From an uncultured Bacteroidota bacterium (GTDB taxonomy: Bacteria > Bacteroidota > Bacteroidia > UKL13-3), in NCBI GenBank assembly GCA_903910445.1, contig CAIVZR010000004.1, forward strand, positions 68,340-132,339: a stretch of DNA of 64,000 nt. The letters run 5' to 3'. Under the pieces are notes generated by a model. It did no database searches, was not told the origin of the DNA, and worked only from the letters and a program-made list of their open reading frames with translations. Made by a program: the position numbers and the translations under genes. Positions 48,660-58,033 of the stretch are shown here, one piece after another (the first letter of the stretch is position 1; each line of letters begins with the position of its first letter).

Positions 48660-50312
48660 TTATTTGCGCTTAAAAAACACATATCCGTTTTTTCTGTAAA
48701 TTTCTTCCACAAATGGATTGTATTCATTGCTTATTTCCGAAGCCATGGTTGATTTGCAAACAAAATAAGTAGGCTTGTCAACCGCTTCTCTAAGTAACCA
48801 TTGATGATAGAGTGCCTCTTTGCGTTCACCTGGTTTTTTTAAAGTATAGAAATAGTTGGCATAACTCTTATACCCAAGTGTTACCACATAACAATCTTTT
48901 CCTTGCAAGGATTTGAAGAATTCGATCGCGGCATTTTGTGAGTATAATTCTATACGAGGTATAAATAATTGTAGAATTACTTGAATAAAAACGATGGTGG
49001 AAACGAAATATGTAATCAGCGCTTTCTGATATTTTTTTTGTTGCATCCAAGCAAAAGCAATCACAACGATAATTCCGTAAACGATGCCTGGAATAGAAAG
49101 TAAATAGTTCCATGAAACCTCCGCTTTGAGGTTATCCAGTGCAAAAGGATCTTTTAGTATTCCATGGAGCCATTCGGGATGCATACCAATAAGTGGCAAT
49201 CCGGATGCGATGAGAAACCAAACAAGGCCAATAATTAAGAAAGAATATTTTTGCCATGATTTAATTTTGTATGTGCCGGTAATAATTCCTTCGAAGCTAT
49301 ATGCAGCCAAATAACACATGGGCAAATAACAAAACGAGGAGTAATGAATAATCTTAGTTTGCACGAGTGAAAACAAGATGAGCACAACCCAAAAAGATAT
49401 TAATGCAAAAAGTCGGAAATTAGCTTGCGCGAGCGTTTCTCCAATATTCTTCTTCCAGCGATAGATAAGGATTGATGCAGGGAATACCCCAATAAAGAGT
49501 ACTACAAAATGATAGCCAGGGAATCCTGCGTGCCCAGCATCATGTGTTTTAAATAATCGGATTTGATAAGTAATGAATTCATTAATGAACCACCATCCAT
49601 GCTGTTTGATTTCTAAACCAAACCAAATTAATGCAGTGAGTAATACCATCAACGCAAATTGCAAATAGTATTTTATGGGTAGGAGGGCTCTTTTTCTCCT
49701 GAAAAGAACATAAATGAAATAGCTAAGTAATGGGATTAATAATCCAACAGGGCCTTTGGTAAGTATTGCTAAACCTGTAAATAGTCCGGCGAACAGAATG
49801 TGTTTTCCAGGACTTTGTTTGGCTTCATGAGCTGAAATTCCTAGTACCAATTGATATATACCTAAGAAAATAAATAGGTTAAACCAAGGATCAATAATTC
49901 CAGTTTTAAAATAAAAATGTGGGAGAAAACTACCAGCATAAATTAAAGTCATCAGCCAGCCAAATCGCTCGGAATGCAATTTTTTGCCAATATGGAATAG
50001 AACGCCCAATAACACGATACCGCAAATGGCATTAGGTAGTCGGGCTGCAAATTCATTTACGCCAAAAATATTCATACTCAGCACCTGCATCCAGAAAAAC
50101 AAAGGGGGCTTCTCCCAAAAAGGTTGATAGTTAATTTGAACCTGCATGTAGTTGTGAGTTTCCATCATCTCACGTGCACTTTCTGCAAAATTTATTTCAT
50201 CCCAATCGAATAGATGCACCTGCCCTAGAAAAGGGATAAAGAGCAAACCACCTATAAGGCCAATGATTAGGTATGGGTATTTTACAGAAGGCATGATAGG
50301 ATTTGAGTTCAA
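48660..50312 (-). CDS. GT-C fold glycosyltransferase of the PMT/ArnT family (GT39/GT83-like, about 13 TM helices)
   Basis: 550 aa. The first periplasmic loop has the DE…FAESAREM motif (compare ArnT/PMT DE..YAE..REM). The hydropathy layout is ArnT-like. Confidence 0.75.
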   Translation of the reverse strand: MNSNPIMPSVKYPYLIIGLIGGLLFIPFLGQVHLFDWDEINFAESAREMMETHNYMQVQINYQPFWEKPPLFFWMQVLSMNIFGVNEFAARLPNAICGIVLLGVLFHIGKKLHSERFGWLMTLIYAGSFLPHFYFKTGIIDPWFNLFIFLGIYQLVLGISAHEAKQSPGKHILFAGLFTGLAILTKGPVGLLIPLLSYFIYVLFRRKRALLPIKYYLQFALMVLLTALIWFGLEIKQHGWWFINEFITYQIRLFKTHDAGHAGFPGYHFVVLFIGVFPASILIYRWKKNIGETLAQANFRLFALISFWVVLILFSLVQTKIIHYSSFCYLPMCYLAAYSFEGIITGTYKIKSWQKYSFLIIGLVWFLIASGLPLIGMHPEWLHGILKDPFALDNLKAEVSWNYLLSIPGIVYGIIVVIAFAWMQQKKYQKALITYFVSTIVFIQVILQLFIPRIELYSQNAAIEFFKSLQGKDCYVVTLGYKSYANYFYTLKKPGERKEALYHQWLLREAVDKPTYFVCKSTMASEISNEYNPFVEEIYRKNGYVFFKRK

Positions 50313-50400
50313 AATTGAGATTGTAAAAATACTAAAATCTGAATCAACCCCATTTTATTGTATTGTACCTTTATGAAATTTAATTACTTTCACCTCTTGT

Positions 50401-53244
50401 ATGAGAGTTCGTTTATTTATTGTTTTTATTATGTTATCTATTGGTGTGTATTCCCAAAATAACTGTACTCAATATGTTCATCCAATGATAGGCACTGGAG
50501 GTCATGGGCATACTTTTCCGGGGGCAACCAATCCGTTTGCCATGGTGCAATTAAGTCCCGATTCGCGAATCGACGGCAGTTGGGACGGGTGTAGCGGATA
50601 CCACTATAGTGACTCTGTAATTTATGGATTTTCGCATACGCACCTGAGTGGAACAGGATGCAGCGATTATGGTGATATTTCATTCATGCCCGTACTGGTG
50701 AAAAACGCTAAGACAAGTGTTCAAAATCAGGATACCCTCTCAAGCAAATTTTCACATCAAAATGAGATTTCTGAAGCTGGATATTATGCTGTGAAACTAG
50801 ATAATGGGGTGAGTGTTGCACTGAGTAGCAGCCCCCGTGTTGGGTTACAGGAGTATACCATATCAGCCGATGGCTACCTTTGGATTACACTCAATTTGAA
50901 GCATCGTGATGAGTTGCTGGAAGGCAGAATTTTTACTGTGGACAAGCATTCATTCTGTGGTTTTCGAAGATCAAAAGCATGGGCTCAGGATCAAACGGTG
51001 TATTACTATTTTGAGGTAAGCAAAGATGCTGATCAGATTTTAATTAGCAAAAATGAGCATGGTGAAACAAAAATAAATTTAGGGTATGCGGTTCAAAAGG
51101 GAGGCACTATTTTGGTGAAAACAGCCTTATCAACAGTGGATGAAGACGGGGCTAGAAGTAATTTGCAGAAAGAGATGCCGGATTGGAATTTTAATAAAGT
51201 TCGGCTGGCGGCAAAAAATGCTTGGAACACGGAGCTCAATAGGATTAAGGTGTATGGAGGGACACAGGATGAAAAGGTAAATTTTTATACCGCACTTTAT
51301 CATTGCATGATTCACCCTAATGTTTTAAATGATTTTGATGGAAGATACCGTGGCCGAGACGGGCAAATACATCGTGCCGATGGGTTTAATTATTATACCG
51401 TTTTCTCCTTGTGGGATACTTACAGAGCATTACATCCGCTGTTAAATATTATCGATAAGGATCGTTCCCGTGATTTTGTGATGACTTTCAAAGCCCAGTT
51501 TGAACAAAGTGGCAGGTTACCCATGTGGGAACTTTGGGATAATGAAACCAATTGTATGATTGGGTTCCATAGTGTGAGTGTGATATGGGATGCCTTTAAT
51601 AAGCATGTGATAGGATCAGAAACTTTGAATGCATTATATACTGCAGTAAAGACAGAAGCGATGAGTACTCGTTTTGGATTGAGCAGTTTCAGAAAAAATA
51701 ATTTTTTGGCTATCGAAGATGAGAGTGAAAGTGTTTCCAAAACGCTTGAATACAGTTATGACATGTATTGTGTTGCGAACATTGCTTATGCCACCCATCA
51801 TGATGAAGATGCTAGATATTTCTCTAAGTTAGCCAATTCATGGCAAAATGTATATGATACCAAAACGGGTTTTATGCGACCTCGTAAGAATGGTGGATGG
51901 CTTAATCCTTTTGATCCGAAGCAGGTGAATAACCACTTTACTGAAGCCAATTCTTGGCAATATTCATTTGCCATACCACAGGCTTACCAGGCGGTATATA
52001 ATATTAATAAAATTTCAGAGTTGTTTAATGTAGATTCAAAAACAACTGGAAGAGAGCAGTCGGATATTAGTGGATTGATTGGGCAATATGCGCATGGTAA
52101 TGAACCCAGTCATCATATTCCATACTTATTCAACAATTTAGATTCCACCTCAAAATATGTAAAGCAAATTTGCAATACCTTGTATAAGCCAACACCTGAT
52201 GGTCTATGCGGCAATGAGGATTGTGGTCAGATGAGTGCATGGTATGTGTTTAGTGCCATGGGTTTTTATCCGGTGAATCCATCGAGTACAGAAATGGTTT
52301 TTGGGTATATGCTTTTTGACAGTGTGATTTTTGCCAATGGAGATACATATAGTACCTTGTATAAGAATAGGGCGGAAGCAAAAAATCCGAAGCAAGGTTA
52401 TGTGAAATCGAATCGCTTTCAATTGCTGGATGGATGGGGCAAATACGATTTTGGATACAGTAGTTCATATACAATCCCTTCAATGCCAGTAACCATGTCG
52501 GTTTCGGCGCCAATCATAGAAACTGCCTCAGAAGTTTTTAAAAACAAAATGAGTTTGACGATGTATTCTAACAATTTAAATTTGAGCACTCCAGGTATAA
52601 AGAATGGATGGATTTATTATACAATGGATAGCACAAATCCGAATAAGAATTCAAATAAATATATTGAAAATACGCCTATAGAAATTAGTGAGAACACCTT
52701 TATGAAAGCTGTTTTCATCAGTGATAGTGGGGCTACTAGTGCTATTACTACGGCACAATTGTATAAGATGCCACACGATTATTCGATAAAAATAAAGAGT
52801 GTTTACAATAAACAATACACAGCTGATGGGGATGAAGGACTCATTGATGGATTAATTGGTGCTACTGATTGGCGGAAAGGTCGTTGGCAAGGCTATCAAT
52901 CGCAGGATTTTGAAGCAGTGATTGATTTGAAACAGCCAACCGAAATTAAAAAAGTGGAAGCCGGGTTTTTACAAGACAGCCGTTCATGGATATTATTTCC
53001 AAAGCAAGTGAAATTTTATGGTTCAACTGATGGTATCAATTTCAAATTATTGTATACCATGCAGAATACGGTTACTGCCAGCTATTATAATGTGCTACGC
53101 GCCCCATTTGGTTTTTGGAACGGGGAATATGGTACCTATCAATTTATCAAGGTAGTTGCCGAAAATTATGGGGTCTTGCCTTCATGGCATCAAGGCGCTG
53201 GAGGTGACGCATTTATATTCATTGATGAGATTCGGATTAATTAG
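50401..53244 (+). CDS. Secreted GH92-family alpha-mannosidase with C-terminal F5/8 type-C (discoidin/CBM32-like) domain
   Basis: It has a signal peptide, the GH92 N-terminal signature (GGHGHTFPGATNPFAMVQLSPD) and a ~750-aa catalytic region. A C-terminal ~150-aa beta-sandwich resembling discoidin domains follows. Confidence 0.8.
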   Translation: MRVRLFIVFIMLSIGVYSQNNCTQYVHPMIGTGGHGHTFPGATNPFAMVQLSPDSRIDGSWDGCSGYHYSDSVIYGFSHTHLSGTGCSDYGDISFMPVLVKNAKTSVQNQDTLSSKFSHQNEISEAGYYAVKLDNGVSVALSSSPRVGLQEYTISADGYLWITLNLKHRDELLEGRIFTVDKHSFCGFRRSKAWAQDQTVYYYFEVSKDADQILISKNEHGETKINLGYAVQKGGTILVKTALSTVDEDGARSNLQKEMPDWNFNKVRLAAKNAWNTELNRIKVYGGTQDEKVNFYTALYHCMIHPNVLNDFDGRYRGRDGQIHRADGFNYYTVFSLWDTYRALHPLLNIIDKDRSRDFVMTFKAQFEQSGRLPMWELWDNETNCMIGFHSVSVIWDAFNKHVIGSETLNALYTAVKTEAMSTRFGLSSFRKNNFLAIEDESESVSKTLEYSYDMYCVANIAYATHHDEDARYFSKLANSWQNVYDTKTGFMRPRKNGGWLNPFDPKQVNNHFTEANSWQYSFAIPQAYQAVYNINKISELFNVDSKTTGREQSDISGLIGQYAHGNEPSHHIPYLFNNLDSTSKYVKQICNTLYKPTPDGLCGNEDCGQMSAWYVFSAMGFYPVNPSSTEMVFGYMLFDSVIFANGDTYSTLYKNRAEAKNPKQGYVKSNRFQLLDGWGKYDFGYSSSYTIPSMPVTMSVSAPIIETASEVFKNKMSLTMYSNNLNLSTPGIKNGWIYYTMDSTNPNKNSNKYIENTPIEISENTFMKAVFISDSGATSAITTAQLYKMPHDYSIKIKSVYNKQYTADGDEGLIDGLIGATDWRKGRWQGYQSQDFEAVIDLKQPTEIKKVEAGFLQDSRSWILFPKQVKFYGSTDGINFKLLYTMQNTVTASYYNVLRAPFGFWNGEYGTYQFIKVVAENYGVLPSWHQGAGGDAFIFIDEIRIN

Positions 53245-53392
53245 ATAAAGAGTTAATTATCAGTTGTTTACGTTCCAATAATAGTCCAAAATCGCTAATC
53301 CAGCTCGATTTTGAAGGAAAATCCGATTCTGTTTGGTGATTCTTATCGAATTCATTACCTTCGCAGCCCTAAAAAAATTTTATTTTTAATAT

Positions 53393-53755
53393 ATGGAACA
53401 TCAATACGAATCCGTCGTAGTACTCACACCTGTAATGACGGAGGATCAGGTAAAAGAAACGATCAATAAGTATCGTGCCTTTTTAGAAAAAGGAGGTGCC
53501 ACAATCGTGCACCAACAAAACTGGGGCTTAACCAAAATGGCGTATCAAATACAAAATAAGGGAACAGCCTATTACACCGTCCTTGAATACAAGGCGCCAA
53601 CTGATTTAGTATCAAAATTCGAGGTTCAATTGAAACGCGATGAATCGGTACTTCGCTTCTTAAGTATCGTGCTCGACAAGCATGCTGTGAGCTACAACCA
53701 ACGCCGTCGCAATGGTGAATTAAAATCTCAACAACCTAAAAAAGCAGAAGCATAA
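53393..53755 (+). CDS. rpsF: 30S ribosomal protein S6
   Basis: It has the typical S6 N-terminus (YESVVVLTP…) and begins the rpsF-rpsR-rplI operon. Confidence 0.9.
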   Translation: MEHQYESVVVLTPVMTEDQVKETINKYRAFLEKGGATIVHQQNWGLTKMAYQIQNKGTAYYTVLEYKAPTDLVSKFEVQLKRDESVLRFLSIVLDKHAVSYNQRRRNGELKSQQPKKAEA

Positions 53756-53778
53756 TTTTTAATTAAATACTAAATATC

Positions 53779-54072
53779 ATGGCAAAACCAAACACCCATA
53801 ATAATTCAAATTCCATCTATCCATTTTCGCAAACTGATGCGAATGCTGGAAAGAAGAAATATTGCCGATTCAAGAAATCTGGTATTGAATATATCGATTA
53901 TAAAGATCCGGAGTTTTTAAAGAAATTTTTAAACGAACAAGGTAAAATTCTTCCGCGCCGTATTACTGGTACATCATTGAAATTTCAACGTAAGGTGGCA
54001 CAAGCTGTAAAGCGTGGCCGTCATATTGGAGTTTTACCGTTTGTAGCCGATAACTTCAAAGGCGACAACTAG
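53779..54072 (+). CDS. rpsR: 30S ribosomal protein S18
   Basis: It has the S18 core …CRFKK…[26 protein letters not shown]…. Confidence 0.9.
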   Translation: MAKPNTHNNSNSIYPFSQTDANAGKKKYCRFKKSGIEYIDYKDPEFLKKFLNEQGKILPRRITGTSLKFQRKVAQAVKRGRHIGVLPFVADNFKGDN

Positions 54073-54107
54073 TTCTTTATTAATAACATTTTAAAAGTCA
54101 AATTATC

Positions 54108-54554
54108 ATGAAAATTATTTTAAAGCAAGACGTAAAAAATCTTGGATATAAAGATGATGTAGTAACCGTAAAGAATGGTTATGGAAACAATTTCTTAATC
54201 CCACGCGGATATGGCGCAGTAGCAACTGAAGGCAACTTAAAAATGCTTGCAGAAAACATTAAACAAGCCAGCTACAAACAAGATCGTATTTTAGCTGATG
54301 CCACTGCATTGGCTTCGAAAATCGAAGGGAAAACATATACAATTTCTACCAAAGCAGGTAATACAGGCCGTATTTTCGGTGCTGTAACTCCTTTACAATT
54401 GGCTCAAGTAATTAAGTCGGTTGAAGGTGCTGATGTAGACAGAAGAAAAATTGTATTCGATAAGGATATCAAAGAATTAGGGACCTTCACTGCTACCTTG
54501 AATTTACATAAAACCATTTCGGTTCCAGTAAATATTGAAGTAGTAGCTGAGTAA
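54108..54554 (+). CDS. rplI: 50S ribosomal protein L9
   Basis: It starts MKIILKQDVKNLGYKDDVVTVKNGYGNNFLIP, the L9 N-domain. Confidence 0.9.
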   Translation: MKIILKQDVKNLGYKDDVVTVKNGYGNNFLIPRGYGAVATEGNLKMLAENIKQASYKQDRILADATALASKIEGKTYTISTKAGNTGRIFGAVTPLQLAQVIKSVEGADVDRRKIVFDKDIKELGTFTATLNLHKTISVPVNIEVVAE

Positions 54555-54575
54555 TTTCTAGTTATTTCTCGTAAA

Positions 54576-54609
54576 AAGAGGCGGTACTTTAGGTATCGCC
54601 TCTTTTTTT
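54576..54609. terminator. Bidirectional rho-independent terminator shared by rplI (+) and the FG-GAP cargo gene (-)
   Basis: The hairpin AAGAGGCG…CGCCTCTT is flanked by an A-run upstream and a T-run downstream. Confidence 0.7.
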
Positions 54610-54624
54610 ATGTCTGATTTTGAT

Positions 54625-56871
54625 TTACATCTTCACAAATTTCCCGTGGAATATTTTTCCGTCAGCGGCAGTAATATTAATAAAATACACTCCTTGAGTC
54701 AAGCCGGAAATATCAATAGATGATTTGCGTTCCAAAAATTCAGGTTCGAATAAAATCGTCTTACCAGTAGCATCATAAATAAGCAATGAATACATCTCAT
54801 GATCGAATCCTTCTAATTTTATATTTGTGCTTGCTGGGTTAGGAGTTATATGCACATTATCGTAGGGTCTCATTCTTTGGGTAAGTCCTATCTTACTTTT
54901 AAATTCATAGGTTGAGAAAATTGAAACCCCGCCTCCGTTATTTCCAAGCATGATATCGTAAATAGCGTCACTGTCGAGCTGCGCGATGGCAGGGCATACA
55001 AAGTTGCCTGTTAGCCTTTGAACGGATAGCTGGGATGCTGCAAATCGACCAATGGTATCGGTGAGCATAAGTGAATCATTGAATTTTCCTTCGATATTCT
55101 TATAAATATATAATCCAAGTTTGCCTCCAACCAATAAATCGAGTTTGCCATCTTTATCCAAGTCGGCCACAACAGGCACGCTGGCTCCCTCACCATAGAA
55201 GTTACGGTAAACATCCACCTCACGAACACAGATTTTACCTACCGAATCGACTTGTTTGGTAAATGCGGGTGCAGTAGTAGATCCAGTGTTTTGATAGTAA
55301 GAAATGAAGCCATCATAATTACCAAGGAACAAATCGAGCTTTCCATCTTTATTATAATCGGCAAAGTAAGGTGCCGTATAATTGCGGGTAGAGAAGTTTG
55401 CAAATAGGGTAGTATTCTCTACAAATGAGATATTACCTGCGGTAGTAGTATTAATATAATAACGTAGCCCTCCATTCGATTCTCCAAAAATTAAATCTTT
55501 TTTGCCATCACCATTAATATCTCCAAAGCATGGTTTAATTCCACTTAGCGCTTTACTAGCTAAATTCAGAAAATTAGTATCCATTAATTCGAATCTAGGA
55601 TTGAGAAGTGTGCCAGTATTCTTGTAGTAATAAATTTGATCTCTTGAATTATAGGTTTTGGTGAAGTCGCCACGCGTGGCAACAAATAGGTCCGCGTCAC
55701 CATCTTCGTCAATATCTGTGAAGGTTGGGGCTGTATTGCCACCCAGATCGATGATACCATCTTGCAGGAAGTCTTTTTGAATGAGATGAAAAATAGGCTT
55801 TCGATCGGTGCCTATATTTTTATAGAAATAAATCTGGGCTGCATTTTTACTCGCACCACTTGCATCGTTGGGGGCCATGATGATATCACGTTTTCCATCA
55901 TTATCTACATCCAGGAAATAGGCTGAAGGGAAATAATTCACTTCCATTCGTTCGGCTACACTTGGGAATAATGAATCCTTGGCAATCATGGTATCTTTAG
56001 GATAATTAAAATCCTTTTTGCCATTTTTTAAGAAATAAAGATAGTTGTAGAAGATATCTCCTAAGAAGGCCTCATAATCGCCATCGCTATCAATATCCAA
56101 GGTTAGTAAGGTGCTTCCAGAGTGTATTGACCAGCTATTCGGGGCAGGAGGAGGAGTATAGTCATCACCACCAAAAAGGGCAAAGCCCGGACAGTGGTAG
56201 CCTAAATTTAACGAATAGGCAAGAAAAAACTTCCCCCAGCATTCATCAACAAGTTTATATTTCCATTGTTCACTTGTAAGCCCTTTTTCAACTCTCCAGT
56301 TCTTATAATAGGTAATTGTGAAACCCAGAGGGTCCCAACTTAAGATGTCCATATCACCATCATCATCAATATCATTGAAGGAAGGAATATTCGTGCTTGG
56401 GCAATAAACATTGATGCCAGTATAATCAAACAAGGTATCAGGTGCTGCAAAGGAGAGTGATGAAACACTGGTGTTTTTAAATTGCTCCATAAAGCCATTG
56501 GCTTCTACAAATAAATCCACCCGGCCATCATTATTATAATCGTAAGATAGACAGAAATTATTGCAGTTGGGGATCTTTACCTCGTACTGTGGTGCATAGG
56601 TATAGCTTACTGTATTCGGGATTTTATCGTTAATGAAAGTGTAAAACTTTTTAGTTGCTCGGTCGAAGATAAGTAAGTCTTTGGTACCATCTAAATCAAG
56701 ATCAATGGCATTAAATTGAGGAAGTTCGAAGCCGCCTTGCATAGGGTTTTTTAATTTACTGAGGGAAGGGCCTTGTTTTACTTCTACGCGACCGTTGTAA
56801 ATATAGCGCGGAACTTGTGCATACAAATTGGCTGTAAATGCAATTGCAATAAGTAAAATTATCTTTTTCAT
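54625..56871 (-). CDS. FG-GAP/VCBS-repeat (integrin-alpha-like beta-propeller) protein with T9SS type-A C-terminal sorting domain
   Basis: It has a signal peptide, multiple DxDGDGxxD(L/I) calcium-binding loops, and a C-terminus ITPNPASTNIKL…GVYFINI. Confidence 0.75.
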   Translation of the reverse strand: MKKIILLIAIAFTANLYAQVPRYIYNGRVEVKQGPSLSKLKNPMQGGFELPQFNAIDLDLDGTKDLLIFDRATKKFYTFINDKIPNTVSYTYAPQYEVKIPNCNNFCLSYDYNNDGRVDLFVEANGFMEQFKNTSVSSLSFAAPDTLFDYTGINVYCPSTNIPSFNDIDDDGDMDILSWDPLGFTITYYKNWRVEKGLTSEQWKYKLVDECWGKFFLAYSLNLGYHCPGFALFGGDDYTPPPAPNSWSIHSGSTLLTLDIDSDGDYEAFLGDIFYNYLYFLKNGKKDFNYPKDTMIAKDSLFPSVAERMEVNYFPSAYFLDVDNDGKRDIIMAPNDASGASKNAAQIYFYKNIGTDRKPIFHLIQKDFLQDGIIDLGGNTAPTFTDIDEDGDADLFVATRGDFTKTYNSRDQIYYYKNTGTLLNPRFELMDTNFLNLASKALSGIKPCFGDINGDGKKDLIFGESNGGLRYYINTTTAGNISFVENTTLFANFSTRNYTAPYFADYNKDGKLDLFLGNYDGFISYYQNTGSTTAPAFTKQVDSVGKICVREVDVYRNFYGEGASVPVVADLDKDGKLDLLVGGKLGLYIYKNIEGKFNDSLMLTDTIGRFAASQLSVQRLTGNFVCPAIAQLDSDAIYDIMLGNNGGGVSIFSTYEFKSKIGLTQRMRPYDNVHITPNPASTNIKLEGFDHEMYSLLIYDATGKTILFEPEFLERKSSIDISGLTQGVYFINITAADGKIFHGKFVKM

Positions 56872-56974
56872 GTAAAATTTAAGTGGTGATTAATACCATC
56901 TTGTAAATTTAAACAAAAAAAAGATAAAAGGTTGCAATGTGAATTGCAATAAAAAGTAAAATTATTTTCAAGGA

Positions 56975-57619
56975 TTAAATTCTTTTAAGCAGGCTAATGG
57001 TTTCGCTCGGATTGGCTGAAGCGAAAACAGTATTCCCAGCCACCACAGCATCCACCCCAGCTGCCTTCAATTTAGGAGCATTTTCAAGGGTTACACCACC
57101 GTCAACTTCAATAAGGGTATTGGCATTTTTGCTCAAAATAAGTTGCTTTAGCTCAATACATTTTGAATAGGTGTTCTCAATAAATTTCTGACCGCCAAAA
57201 CCCGGATTCACACTCATAATCAATACTAGATCCAGGTCGTTTATTATTTCCGAAAGCACATTTACAGGAGTATGTGGATTCAATGCCACTCCAGCTTTGG
57301 CTCCTGCTGCCTTAATATTTTGTATGGTACGATGTAAGTGAGGGCACGATTCATAATGAACCGTTATTATCGCTGCACCTAATCGGGCGAAATCCTGTAT
57401 ATAATTGTCAGGATTATGAAGCATTAAATGCACATCCAAAGGCTTTTTGCATGCCTTTTGAAGGGCACTCATTACGGGCATTCCAAATGAAATATTGGGT
57501 ACGAATACCCCATCCATAATATCAATATGAAACCAGTCGGCTTCACTCTTATTAATCATTTCGATATCATTTTCAAGATGCAAGAAATTGGCAGAAAGCG
57601 CCGAAGGAGAGATAATCAT
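56975..57619 (-). CDS. rpe: Ribulose-phosphate 3-epimerase
   Basis: It begins MIISPSALSANF and has HLDIMDG- and HxM-type motifs (HIDIMDGVFVPN; HLMLHNP). Confidence 0.85.
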   Translation of the reverse strand: MIISPSALSANFLHLENDIEMINKSEADWFHIDIMDGVFVPNISFGMPVMSALQKACKKPLDVHLMLHNPDNYIQDFARLGAAIITVHYESCPHLHRTIQNIKAAGAKAGVALNPHTPVNVLSEIINDLDLVLIMSVNPGFGGQKFIENTYSKCIELKQLILSKNANTLIEVDGGVTLENAPKLKAAGVDAVVAGNTVFASANPSETISLLKRI

Positions 57620-57638
57620 GTCGCGAAAATACGAATTA

Positions 57639-57926
57639 CTAAAATATAATAATATCGGTTACAAAGTCTTTCCCAATTTCTTTATTGATAATTTCAATAA
57701 AAGTTGATTTCGAATAGGTGATTTCCTGTTTAATCACCGGAGTAAGGACCTCTAAATAAAGTTTCTTCTTTTTTACGTAAAGCTTCTTGGTATAGCGTGC
57801 AATGGTTTGCCCAGCAATAGTTTCCCATTTCTGACGTAATTCGGTTTCCAATAATTTCTCCTTTAAGCCATGGGCTTCAACAAATGCATTGAGTGCATCT
57901 TTGAGAGATGTTTCGTTATAGCGCAT
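57639..57926 (-). CDS. DUF721-like small protein (95 aa)
   Basis: A small conserved basic protein. The call rests on overall resemblance to the DUF721 family and should be treated as tentative. Confidence 0.45.
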   Translation of the reverse strand: MRYNETSLKDALNAFVEAHGLKEKLLETELRQKWETIAGQTIARYTKKLYVKKKKLYLEVLTPVIKQEITYSKSTFIEIINKEIGKDFVTDIIIF

Positions 57927-58033
57927 GATTTATACTTGAAATGGAACGCAATTTACCAATTGAACGTTACGAAACTCAAGAATGATTAAAAAAATAGGAA
58001 AGACTTATACACGGAACATTAAAAACCAGGTAA

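Noticed and set aside
53245-54554. Absence of priB/ssb in the rpsF-rpsR-rplI operon as an anomaly
   Set aside because: The three-gene arrangement without priB/ssb is the normal organisation in Bacteroidota and is not a deletion.
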